A DNA stretch of 64,000 nucleotides. Origin: Naegleria gruberi. Lineage: Eukaryota. Below are positions 43,896-56,300 of the stretch, piece after piece; the stretch's first letter is position 1, and every line of letters begins with the position of its first letter. The DNA lies in NCBI GenBank assembly GCA_000004985.1, contig GG738846.1; one strand, given 5' to 3'. The notes beneath the pieces are model-generated. The model did no database searches and was not told the origin of the DNA. It saw nothing but the letters and a program-made list of their open reading frames with translations. The position numbers were made by a program, and so were the translations under genes.

Positions 43896-44969
43896 ATGTT
43901 AGAAAACAATGAAGAACTTTGTTTACCAACTCCTCTCCCTTCCAATAAAAAGTATCAGAGTAATCTTTCGGAAATTTTGTTATTTAATTTTGAAGAGTGG
44001 TTTTTACTATTAGATAAACTTTCCTCCAGAGAGAAAGAATTTAAAGGATTTTGGGCCCAAAATGTTATTTCATTTGAGTTATCCCAAAATGAAATGGTTG
44101 CCATTACAATGGCCTATCAAAGACTTCACTTGGGAGAAGATTTTACAGATCTCATCAACAAATATTTACATAACTTGAAAGAAAGGCTTGATCAAGCTTT
44201 ATTGAATGAAACCATTTCATACTTTGTTAGATGTGGACCGAGATCCCCTAAAGATTCTAGAGGTAAGTTAAAACACAAACCGTCGTTAATGGTTTTCACA
44301 GGAGGTATTCCAGAAATTTCATTTTCAACTCAAGTACTAAATCTACTAATCGAATCAGAGAGAGTATTCAAAGATATTCACCTCTACTTGGAAAATAGAA
44401 CAGAATTATTAGAGAGAAACAAGTATAACTTTTTTGTACACTTAATACCATGGAGAAATTTCAAGAAGGAAAATGAATTGAGATGTTTTTTCTTTAAGAA
44501 AAATCTTGTAGCCATCACTCAATATGACGTTCAACTCAACTACCCATTCAAAGGAAAGGAGAATATTTGTGTTAAAATCATTCAAAAATTAATGAATATG
44601 CATCATGGAATTTTGAAAAGTGTAATTCCTTATGAAAATTTTGTAATGGATGTTGAAATTTCGACAGATACCAATAGTATATACATTATTGAATTTAATC
44701 CCTATGGGAAAGATGGCACAACTGGACCAGTCCATTTCAATTGGAAACAGGATGAAAATATTCTCTTTCCTGAAACTTTCAATAATGATGTTCACTTTAG
44801 ATTTTCCCCTCATTTAACATCTAGATTTGAGGAAATTGTTATACATTCCTCAAACTACTCACTTGACAATTTCCTAATCAAACCATTTCCTAAACATGAA
44901 AGTAAGGTAATTTCTAATTTTTCTCTTCCTAAGGAGGTGAGTGAAAGTTTTCTTGAGTTTTTACAATAA
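43896..44969 (+). CDS. CDC123: CDC123 (D123-family) translation-initiation assembly factor, 357 aa.
   Basis: YFVRCGPRSPKDS, HLIPWRNFKKENELRCFFFKKNLVAITQYD and FVMDVEISTDTNSIYIIEFNPYG match the D123 family blocks (FVRLSSRSPKDA; EWR.FV; LIEFNPFG). Confidence 0.75.
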   Translation: MLENNEELCLPTPLPSNKKYQSNLSEILLFNFEEWFLLLDKLSSREKEFKGFWAQNVISFELSQNEMVAITMAYQRLHLGEDFTDLINKYLHNLKERLDQALLNETISYFVRCGPRSPKDSRGKLKHKPSLMVFTGGIPEISFSTQVLNLLIESERVFKDIHLYLENRTELLERNKYNFFVHLIPWRNFKKENELRCFFFKKNLVAITQYDVQLNYPFKGKENICVKIIQKLMNMHHGILKSVIPYENFVMDVEISTDTNSIYIIEFNPYGKDGTTGPVHFNWKQDENILFPETFNNDVHFRFSPHLTSRFEEIVIHSSNYSLDNFLIKPFPKHESKVISNFSLPKEVSESFLEFLQ

Positions 44970-45059
44970 AAGTTTATCTAAGATTTAGAATTTTTTTATA
45001 ATTGTAATAATAAATGTTTAGAATTTTCAAAATTTCCTTATTAATTATTTATAAAATTT

Positions 45060-46259
45060 TTATTGTTGAGATTTCTTTTTTTGCAAAATTTCATTTTCCA
45101 CTCTAAGTTTTTGAATGAGAGCCTTCTTCTTTTCAACTTGAGATTTAAGATGGCCTTCCAATTGAGCCTTTTCCTTTCTAACAGTTGTACGTGGATTCTT
45201 ACCGTTCTTTTCTGGTGGAATCCATTCAATAGTACCAGTCGTACTAATATTCTTAGCCAAGTTATCAAGATAGTATTTGGTATTATCGATTTGTTGAGAT
45301 TTAGTCAACATAATTTCTGTACGTTCCCTCAAATTGTGTTTTGTTGTTACATTTGGAAGTTCAATTTGATTCAAAAGATTTCCTTGTTCTAGAGAACCAC
45401 CAGTGTATGAAAGTAATCCCAAGAAACGAGCCTTCTTAACTTCAGTTTCAATTCTCTTGTGAGTTCTTCTACGAACACCAGTAAATCTCTTTGGAATGAT
45501 ACGACCAGATTGAGAAACAAACTTGAGAAGGAGGGATGGATTCTTATAAGAAATCTTTTCAATGTAATGTTGATTATTACCGAATGGATCTGGTGGACGT
45601 GTCTTAAATTGTGGTAATTGATGCAATTGATATTCCATCATCTTACGATGTTGCATATCATCACCAGTTAATTTACCTTCTCTCCAATCTTGAACAACAT
45701 CAGTGAATTGAGAGATGGTATTCATAAATTCTGTATGACCAGTTGGTGGTTTGTTATATAACCAGCCAGCTGTATTGGCATTTGTTGGAGTCTTTAAATC
45801 ATGATTAAAAACATCGCTGTCGGCTCTTTCTATAAAACGATAATAATCATACCAAGTACTAGCTTGTCCAGACATACTGGAACGTTCTTCGCTTGATTGA
45901 GATTTTGTTTGAGCGTAGAAAGGACTCTCGGGGTTAATTTGTTTAGAAGTACTCTTTCTTGTAGCAGCTTCATAAACATCAGAACCATCATAGTTAGCTC
46001 TTCCACCTCTAATTTTTGTAATATTGTCTTCAATGAGTTTGTGCATATCCTTGGCAGATAACTTCTTTTTAGACAATCTTCTCTTTGCTGCTTCATCCAA
46101 ATGTAAAGTTCTTACGCTATCATTTTTACAAATATTTTGATGGAAGAATTGTTGTTGTTGGCTATTAGAGGTAATAAAAACAACTTGTTGTAAGAGAGGA
46201 GACTTGGTACTGCTTCCCTTCAATGGCACTATTACTGTTGGGAAAACAAGTCTTTTCAT
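45060..46259 (-). CDS. Mitochondrial ribosomal protein with a bS18 (S18) domain, 399 aa.
   Basis: The central segment GRIIPKRFTGVRRRTHKRIETEVKKARFLGLLSY matches the ribosomal S18 signature (I.pRr.TGlc.k.QR.l..aIKrAR.mgLlp). The N-terminal extension and basic C-terminal coiled coil are typical of mitoribosomal proteins. Confidence 0.5.
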   Translation of the reverse strand: MKRLVFPTVIVPLKGSSTKSPLLQQVVFITSNSQQQQFFHQNICKNDSVRTLHLDEAAKRRLSKKKLSAKDMHKLIEDNITKIRGGRANYDGSDVYEAATRKSTSKQINPESPFYAQTKSQSSEERSSMSGQASTWYDYYRFIERADSDVFNHDLKTPTNANTAGWLYNKPPTGHTEFMNTISQFTDVVQDWREGKLTGDDMQHRKMMEYQLHQLPQFKTRPPDPFGNNQHYIEKISYKNPSLLLKFVSQSGRIIPKRFTGVRRRTHKRIETEVKKARFLGLLSYTGGSLEQGNLLNQIELPNVTTKHNLRERTEIMLTKSQQIDNTKYYLDNLAKNISTTGTIEWIPPEKNGKNPRTTVRKEKAQLEGHLKSQVEKKKALIQKLRVENEILQKKKSQQ

Positions 46260-46457
46260 TTTTTTAAAACATTAAAATTTTTTTTAAATTTAATTCCTTG
46301 TTTGCTGTGATTCCTTCGCTTGCTAATGATCTAATTAATATTAATTTCTTTGCTAAATAATAATCATGTTACTAGTAGGAGAAATGGTAAGATATGTTAT
46401 TAATAAAAACAATTTGAATTTTAATAATTATTTTTAATTTTTTATTACCAGTATTGA

Positions 46458-46922
46458 TTACCATTCACTATTTTGATTGGTTGGTTGATAGTTTTGTTGA
46501 AGTCCTCTCTTACATTCATTCAATGTGTCAAAAGCATATTGGCATGAAGAAATATTATTTGATGACTGTTCCAAACATTGAGAGAAAGCTTGCATTTGAG
46601 AGAAACACTTTTGCATTTCTTGTTGAGAATATTGTGGTTGTTCTGAAGAGTCCTTTGATCCACCAGTGAAAGAATCATAGATAGCATGACCAATCATGTT
46701 ACCAACAACAGCACCAGCAATATTTGAAACTAATCCGGAACCCATTCCACCAGAGCTAGCCATTTGTGGTTGAGCAGTTGGTTGTGGAGTGGTATGTGAT
46801 TGGTGTGGAGCTTGTTGTTGTGGGGTTGAAGAATAGTTTCTTTGTGGTGGAGCTTGGGTTTGTGGTTGAGGAGGAGATGACTTTCTGGTTGCGCCAGTGA
46901 ATCTGCTTTTACGTTGGGCCAT
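46458..46922 (-). CDS. Twin-Cx9C CHCH-domain mitochondrial intermembrane-space protein (Mix17/CHCHD2-like), 154 aa.
   Basis: A P/Q-rich N-terminus is followed by a Gly-rich hydrophobic helix (GSGLVSNIAGAVVGNMIGHAI) and then two Cx9C motifs, CFSQMQAFSQC and CQYAFDTLNEC. Confidence 0.65.
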   Translation of the reverse strand: MAQRKSRFTGATRKSSPPQPQTQAPPQRNYSSTPQQQAPHQSHTTPQPTAQPQMASSGGMGSGLVSNIAGAVVGNMIGHAIYDSFTGGSKDSSEQPQYSQQEMQKCFSQMQAFSQCLEQSSNNISSCQYAFDTLNECKRGLQQNYQPTNQNSEW

Positions 46923-47338
46923 TTTTGTATTAGTTAATATTTTTTTTGATTATTAAATGATTGAGGATCTGGAATCGTGTTTTAAATAACCATTGTTAAA
47001 TTCCGATAAGTGTTATTAATAAACTGTTGGACCAAATCAATTTTGATTAGGCGCATTAATTATTATTGATTTTATTAATGTTCTAAATGAAATACATTCC
47101 GTTTTATTGTTTTATTAATTTCATAATTGTTTACTTTTATTTTTTGTGTGCAAATACAAAACTTTCTTTTATTTATTAATATATTTAAAATTTAACAATT
47201 ATTTTTATTATTGTTATTAGATGCACATAAAGAGAAAAGTTGTTTAACAATATTATTTTATTTAAATAATTTATTATTTAATAATAAAACTTTATATTTG
47301 CACAAACAAAACCCGCCAGTTGCAAAAGTTAGAAAAAA

Positions 47339-50300
47339 ATGAGTGATCATCTGTCTAGTCATCATGCGGCTGGATCGCAAACATCACCATCATCATCAAT
47401 ATTTGAATCATTTTATAGAAAATTCGAATCATTACGGAGGTCTAATGGTATGTAGTGTGATCATTAGGAATATTTTAAACAATGCTAATCCGAACATGTT
47501 GTTATTATTGTTGTTAATATCAAATAGATATAATCAACTTAACAAAAGTCTTAACAGAACTAAGAGACATTCTTGAAAGTGCCTCTCTATCAGAATGCTT
47601 TGAATTTTCTTCTATATTATTACGTCCACTTGTGGAATTTCTCAATGAAGGTACAACACCAAAATTTAAGAAGGATGACAAGGAACATCTTCTCAGACAA
47701 GTAATAATAGAAATTATACAAAAACTTCCACATACAGAGGTTAGTATTGAACTTTAAACTATCAACTAATGTGATTAATAGTTATTTGATGAAAGAGCTG
47801 GGAAAAAAGATGATTTAGTACTTTTAGTCAATTCTCTTATTAATGTCATCAAGACAGATAATGAAATCAATGGAGTGGTGGCTATTAGATTAATAATCGA
47901 AATTCAAAAATGTTTCAAATCAAACATTACAGACTTTGTTCAACCTCTTATTGAAATATTCCTACATTTTTTCGGAAATTTTGAAAAGATTGTTGAGAAA
48001 TATTTAGGAAGAAAACCAAAGAAAAATGCATCAGACCCAACAGTGGAAGGAGAATCATACCCTTTAACAGAATTGGATTTAATACCTTCCATGGATAGTT
48101 GTAAATTAATGTTAGAGTTACCAGTATTTATTATATTCTTCTTCCGTACATTAACAATCAAAGATACAAATAATAATATTTTTATCAAATTGGTTGAAAA
48201 GATGTATGATATTTTAAGATATGAAGTATCAGTTTCTGATTCAGTAATGTCATCTCCATTTGGAAAAGAAAGAGTTGAAGATTTCATGTTATTGAGGGTT
48301 AAAACTATTTCATTTTTGATTTATACCTCTTCTAAATATAAGAATAATGATAATTATACAACGGAAATACCTAGATTTGTTATTAAATGTCTTAGGGAAT
48401 GTCCAGACGAATGTATAGCTCCAAGAAAGGAAATGCTTTCACTAATGAGACATATTGTTGAAAGACAAAATGATGATTCTAATACTATTTGCAAATATTT
48501 TTTACCTTACATGAATGAAATGTTGGATGATACTATTTTAATTGGTAAAAGTAGATCTGCTCAAGAAACAGTAAGATCATCTGCTTATTCAACAGTTCTA
48601 GAAATATTGAAAAATCAATTGAAAAATATTGAATTTTCTCCTTCTAATATTGCTTCATGCATTTTATTTTGTACTAAGGTATTATTTGATTCATCTTTAG
48701 GAATTACAATTCATGGTTTAGCAACAGGATTGCTAGTAGCATTAACTCAAAATGTTTTTGATCAAATAAGAAAGATATCTGGAGTTTCAGATCCATCTGG
48801 TGATGTCTGTGCTGCCTTGTCTGGTATTTCAGAAGAGTCACTTTCACAAATCACCAAATTTAAGGATCATTTGTTGAGTATTATTCAAACATTTGTTCAA
48901 AAGATTAAGTTCATTTCTAATTTTATCAAAAAGATAATACAATATAAGAATATTCAAAAATCTTCAACATTGAACGAAAAGGAACAAACTGATGATATGA
49001 CAATGATTTTACCATTTAGTCCATACAAATCATGTGAAAATTTTAATGATGATATTTCTTATTGCTCCATGATGTTTAAACAAATAATTTTTGGTTTAAA
49101 GTCAACAGTACTTCTATATAATATGATACCAAGAAATGAGAAACAAAAATTCCCAGAATTATCAGTATTATCTAAACTTTTTAGATATGGATTGGATTGT
49201 TTCGATATTTTCAATTTATATTCAGAAGATACAGAATATGGTCAAAAGCAACGAGTATTAGATGAAAAGGAAATATTTAATAACTATTCATCTTTATATA
49301 CATCACTACCTTCGGCTTTATTTACAGAAATATTCAAAACTCAATTTGATTATCTATACAAAAAATTATTAGAAGGAAGAACAATGACATTTATCCATAT
49401 TCCATCAAATATTCTCTCATCTTCTCAACATATTGCTTCAATTCTCTCAGAGATACTCTTAAAATTTTTACTGAAAAGAATGGATAGAATACCAAAAGAT
49501 CGTAAAGAGGCTTATTATATTCACAACCTATACAAATTAGTATTTGGTTCAGTGGTAACATTCCCTAAGAATGAATCTATTTTAAAAAATCAAATGACCT
49601 CGATTGTTACATCATGTTTCAGTTATGCATCTAAATATAAGGATTGTTTAGATTATTATCTAATTTTAAGATCTTTATTCAGTTCAATCCTTACAGCTAA
49701 ATTTGATTTACTTTGCAAGGAATTCAGTCAATTACTTCCAACAGTTTTGGAAAAATTGTCTGATTTGGTAAATAATGCTCATGACAAGGAAACAAGGAAT
49801 ATATTTGTAGAGCTTTGTCTAACAGTTCCTTCCAAGTTACACGTTTTATGCCCTTATCTTTATTTATTAATCAAACCAATACTGTATGCTTTAGAGCCTG
49901 GTTCAAGTGAGAAGGCTGTTAGTGCAGCTTTAAGAAATCTGGATTTGTGGGTTACTAGTTTACGTAATGAATCATTAGAAGCCATTCTTAAACCTGTTAT
50001 ACCAGATTTACTTAAAGCACTATTCTCTCATTTGAAACCTCCTCCATACCCTCATGGATCTGCAGTAATGAAATTATTAGCTAAGTTGGGTGGTAGTCAC
50101 AGACAATATATGAGTGAATTAACTTCAGTTAGTGTCAAGTCACCAAATGCTTTATTCCTAAATATTAATTTTAATTCTAATCAAACGGAATCATTACCAA
50201 TGGATGAATTGGTTGATACTTCAATTGAAATTTGTTTCGATAAGGATCAAGATGTACAAACAAAAAAGAGTGCATTTGATTTTTTGAAAACATCATTACT

Positions 50301-53300
50301 TACTATGATGTCATGTACAGAGCAAAGTCTAGCTATACCAAATGATTTCAAATTTAGTTTTAAACATATTAACCCTAAAAAGTATTTCCACATTTCTGCA
50401 TCATCACCAAAAAGTTGTGATCCCTTCCAAAATATTTTAGATGTTTTGGAGCCAAAAGGATCAATGCTTTATGAAAGTGAAATTGCCATATTTACCAAAA
50501 TTTTGAAAAATATCTTCTTATTTATGAACTATGCTGTAAAGGAAAATCTGGTTGAATGTATAGAATTTACCAAATCCTTGATCAAACACTTTGCAATTTT
50601 ATCAATATTTGTGAATATTAATGTTGAACAAGCTTCAAAGTTTAGAATTAATCCTGATTGGTTCTATGAAGTTTTAATGAGTGTTTTTGAAGAGGATTGT
50701 ACAGAAACATCTCCATCTGTTAATGTAGGAGATTTTATCTTGTACATATTTACAGATTATGTTTATGAATTGTGTGATAATGATGCTGATATGGTAATTC
50801 AATTTGGTATTTGGGAAAGACTTCAATCAAGATTCACCAAATACCTATATCAACCTGAATGGTATAAGAAATGTGTTGGTGCAAAAGGTATAATCTTCTT
50901 AAGTGAAAATATTACACCAGCTTGGTTGGTTCATTATGAAGCTGATATTGTTCGTGCTCTATTCTTTTCACTGAAGAATCAACCTCCACATATGCTTTCT
51001 CATACCAATCAAATAACAATCATGGCAGCAGAGAGTATTATCAAAGCATGTTATAATACAGCTATCTTTGATATTACACATCTTTGCAATGGTCAAATCA
51101 ACGAAAAGATTGTAAAGGTTGATAATGCACCAGATTCTCTTACAGAAGGAGAAGTTGTAGTTCATGTTGAAAAAGTTGGAAGAGAATCTATATTCAGAAA
51201 GCGTTTGATTCTTCATTTGCTTTACACTGAATTGACTAGTACTCAATCTCATATTCGTAGATTGGCTCAATCACTCCTAAGATTATGTTCAGAATTAATG
51301 AACATTCCAGTTCTAGTAATACTTGAAAGGTTTAGACAAGAATTGCCTATTAAAGATGAAAAGCAAGCTAAGGATTTGTCTCAAATTACAGTTATGCTTG
51401 AACTTTTGGTCTTCCAATTGGCAACAAGGGATTCTAATCTTACAGGTTCCACTATTTCTGTAGCGTTTAATAAGGCTTTGACATTACTAAGAAATGATGA
51501 TTATGGGAAGGAGACAAAGGATCAAAAGAAAATTTTCAATGCAAAAATTGTTGCCTTGAAACTAATTAGAGAAGCTGTCGTAAGCAAAGAATTAAGATAT
51601 AATGAAAAAGATCAACTCAAGACAATGATTGAAACATTTTGTAAATTCCTTAACGCTCAGAATAAGGAAGTTGTCACTATTGCTAAAACAGCATTAATAT
51701 CATTCATATCTCAATTTAAAACTCCAAAGGATTCTTTACAACATTCCTTGAGACAAATATCTACAAACTTTCAAAAGCATGCTCACTTTACATTATTATT
51801 CCTTCAAGGAGCCTCATTTTTCCTCAAGTTTAACTCTAACATGCAAGGACTCAAATTTGGTCCTAACTTGCTTGATAACCTTAAGAAATGGCTAGATAAA
51901 TCATCAATCAAGCATATTCAAAATGTTAAAGAAAAACCTCTAGTTGCTGCAGAGATGATATCTTTATTTTCTATTACTGATTCAGCTGAGTTTTTGCCTC
52001 AAATAGTTCCTATGGTTCTTCAATTGGAAGCAGTATGGTCAGACGAAATTAAGAGTTCAAATCCATTTATTGCTCCTCTTGCCAAGTATTTGAACATATA
52101 TTATGAAGATGCTATCAAGTACTTCTTTGATCCAACTAGTGGGTGTTTTGTACTGTCTTCTAAGAGAAACTATCAATTCTTTATGGATATTTTGAAATGC
52201 AGAAAATCTATTGAACTTACAGCTCATTTATTGTCCCAATCTAATATTATTTCCAATTTATTGTCAAACATTACCAAATTAGATTTTTATTCAGATAATT
52301 TTGCTTCAGATCCAAATAATGTTCTGACACTAGTTGGTAGCATTACAAAATTATCTCCAGGTTGGTTTACTAAAAAGAAACCAGTATTCGATGAGATTTT
52401 ACGATTATGGCTTATGAATATCAAGTTTGCCAATAGTTTACACAATAGTAATCAGTCGAACCTAGAAATATCTCCATTGTTAGATGTTCAAATAATTAGG
52501 TTTACAAGAAAGCTTATCAAATTTATTATTAATTATTGTGATTGTAATTCAAATGAGGTTATATCACTCTTTGAAATTGTCAAGGTATTTGGATGTGGGC
52601 TTGTAATGGATTTGACTTTTGTTAAAGATTATTTCAGAACAAAAGTTGGTTTGGAGTATTCCACTGAAAGAAAGGAAGAGATATTACAAAACTTTTGTGC
52701 ATTGTTTAAACGTGATGAAATTTCTTTCCATTTGAAGTCTGATGCACTTAAACATATTGTTATACCAATAGTTAATGGTGCTGCTAAATCTGGTACTGTT
52801 TTTAATGTAAAAATTATGGGAATGTTATTTGAGGAAATTTTGCAAACATTACCACAATCATTAGCCAAGTTAACAGATAAGGAAAAATATTCTTTGAAAG
52901 TTGATTTACTACAACTAGCTACCTTGTTTGTAAAATACTTCCCAAAGTCCCATGTAGAGGCTTGTTGGAAGTCAATTGTAAAATTCTCCTATGAAAATTG
53001 CATTGTGGATGATATTACTACAAATCAATGTGCTTTTGTTTTGATTTCACACCTGATGAACAAGATAGGATTGCCAGCAAAAGTAGTCCAACAGGTATAT
53101 ATTGCATTCTTAAAGGATTGTAAGAAAGATAGCAAATCTCTTGTTTTACCTGCTTTGGATATGATTATTCAACCGGTTAAGGATGCACAATTACCATCTA
53201 ATGATTCTAAATTCCCAACCTGGATTAGAGTTACAAAGAAAACCCTATTGGAAGATTCTCCTTCAGCTATTCAACTCTTAAATATTTGGACAATATTTAT

Positions 53301-56300
53301 TAGACATGCAGATTCATTTTATGAATCAAGAGAGTTTTTCATGTCCAAGATGATAAACTCCCTCTCTAAAATTGGATATTCTTCAATGAATTTGGAGAAT
53401 AAGAAATTATATATACAATTGGTTGATTTAATAATATCTTGGGAAGAGAGGGCAGCTGGTGTTTATCACCCTGAGGATGATAACGACAAGAAGAGAAAAG
53501 TAGAGCAATTGGAACAACAAGACACAAATGGATCAAAGAAGAGAAAAGTAGATGAAGCTAGTTCAGTTCAATCCAATAACGGTCCTGTTGATGTGGACAC
53601 TTTTAGACTTAAGCCTCAATCTAGAAGCATTGTACTTAATTACCTTCTTCGTATGTGTGTATTTGTGAGCTCTTTCCAACCAAGAACAGAAAAACCACAA
53701 ATACTTTACAAAGAATGTATTAGTATCCTTAAAAGAGCTCTTAATTTGTGGAAGGAGGAAACTATTTCATTTAGTCAAATTGAAAAACAATTTCCTAACT
53801 CAGAGGAAGGTTCTTCCACTTTGAATCCAACATCCCTATGTTGTATTCTAGAACTGATGACTTTATTCGTAGAGTTGAATAGAGGAATTATTCAACTAAA
53901 CGCTCAATTTGCTAAAAAGCTCATTCCATTCTTGGCAAACTCAAATATTGATGTTAACAAGAATGCATGTAAATTCTTCAAGACTTTATTACAACATTTT
54001 GATCCTCTAGTTTCAAAAGATACTGACGTTCAGGAGTTTTATTCAGTTATTTGGTCATCAATCAAAGAAACTATTGGTAAATATGCTGGAAAAGAGAATA
54101 CCAATCAAGTAGATAATTTATCACACATTTACACAGTTGTTGTTGGTTCATTTGGCCATTTATTGCTCTTACATATTCTTTGTGACCATTACCAAAATGA
54201 AGAAACAAAACAACAATTTTTTAAACAAGTTTATGGACTTTTAAACAAAATATTGAAGCAAGTTGGACAAGTAGAATGGAAAGATCTTCTTGTTGGTTTT
54301 GTTGAACTTTGTCTATCTTTCCTTGTTGATGGTCATGATCCTGTTGGAAAACACTTCCTCTCTGCTATTATCTTCCTTGTTGAAAAACCTGACATTTTGA
54401 ACATATTCAGTCCTAATCTACTCCATTTAATAATTGATATTGTTTTCCATTTGGTAAAACCAAATCCATCCAATACTATTGTTAGAAGTTATACTCTTCC
54501 ACTTGGAGATGATTTGAAGATGACGAAGTTAGGAAAACGTGCCTACAAAGTACCAGACCTTCAAAAGGTTGGACTTCTCATCAAATTAGTTACACTTTTT
54601 GAGCAAGCTCCTGATGAACTTAATGATTTGAAACGTATTTATTTTACTTTGTTAATGGAAGTTTATCAACAAATGGATGATACCAACTCACCAATATCGA
54701 AGAGAATAGAGTTTTGCTTCATGTCTGGACTCAAGATTGAATCAAAGGATCTCAAAGATATCAAGACTAAATACCTATCTATTTTAAATAGAAAAGTCGA
54801 AAAAACAGCTTTTAAGAGATTGCAGTTTGTGATTGAGAGTTCAAGATGGGAGCCTTTGAGTGATAGATTCTGGATAAAATATGCTCTAGAACTTTTATTA
54901 GAATCAATTAATGGAGAAGAAAAATTGAATTGTGATAAGAATACAGCCAAAATTTCACCAATATCAATTGACTTTGGTAAGAGGGATGGAACAATTTTAA
55001 GAGGATATGAAAGAATATCTTATGCGTTAACGCAACACGAGACGTTTGTTAATACTATTCCAAATTTGAAGTCTATTGATATGATAAACCCACTCAAGGT
55101 ATTAATAAGAGCATCTACAAACATGTCGTTTAAGGCATGGGGAGCCTTTTTCGCAATTGCTTGGAATCAATTAAACATGGAAGAGAAGAGCATTATACAA
55201 GGACAATTACAAAAACTTCTCTCCGTAGAGTATCATTCCAAGCAATATGTCAAATATCCTAATGTTATTCAGGCATTATTACTTGGTGTTAATAATGTGG
55301 TACTTTGTGGAAAATCAGAAGCACCATTCCTATCAATTCATCCAGAAACCCTCAAATTTATTGGTAAATCTTTTAACGCTTGGTCTTTAACTATACCACT
55401 ACTTGAAGAAGAATTGAGAGGAATGCTGAACGTTGGCATTTTTGATGAGAAGACAGAAAAAGTATGCAATTCACTTGCAGAACTTTATAGAGTTTTGAAA
55501 GAGGATGATATTCTTGCTGGAATTTCTAGATCTTGTGACATTACTGATCAAACAAAATTAGTACTTTCCTTAGAACAAAGGAATAATTGGAATGAAGCAC
55601 AAGAGGCACTCAAAGAATTGACTAATGCTTATCACCGTGGCCAAATTAAAAAGAAAGTCACACATACTGAATTGCAATTATGGGAGGAACACTGGTTAAG
55701 TTGTTCCAAGAAACTTCAACAATGGGACGAACTTACTAAATATTCCCAAGCCTCTTCCAATGCCACATCTCTTCTTAGTTTAGAGTGTATGTGGAAGAAT
55801 GGAAATTGGCAACAGATGAAAGAACTTTTCCAAAAGCATGCATCAATGGAAAATCAACTTTTAAAATTCTTCCAAATCAGTTGTTTGATAATGCAAGATA
55901 AGGAAGTTGAAGCTGGTGAAACGTACATTGTTGCACAACAATTAGCTCTTCAACGTTGGTGTGCACTACCATCGTTCATGTGTGGTAATCACACTTTTAT
56001 GTTACATATTTTCCAACAATTGTATGAACTCAATGAGTCTGCTACACTCTTAACTGATACCAAGAAACCAATTTCTACCAATGAGTTGAAAGGTTTTTTG
56101 ACTACTTGGCGTGATAGACTTCCAAACAAATGGGAAGATATAGGTATTTGGAATGATATTTTCACTTGGAGATGTCATATTTTAAAGAAGGCAATCGAAA
56201 GATTTGATCAAAAGGAAGAATTTGCACACCATAGAGCCTTATTATTGAATGAAACCATTTGGTCGTTACACAAATTCTCTAAAATCTCTAGAAAACAAAA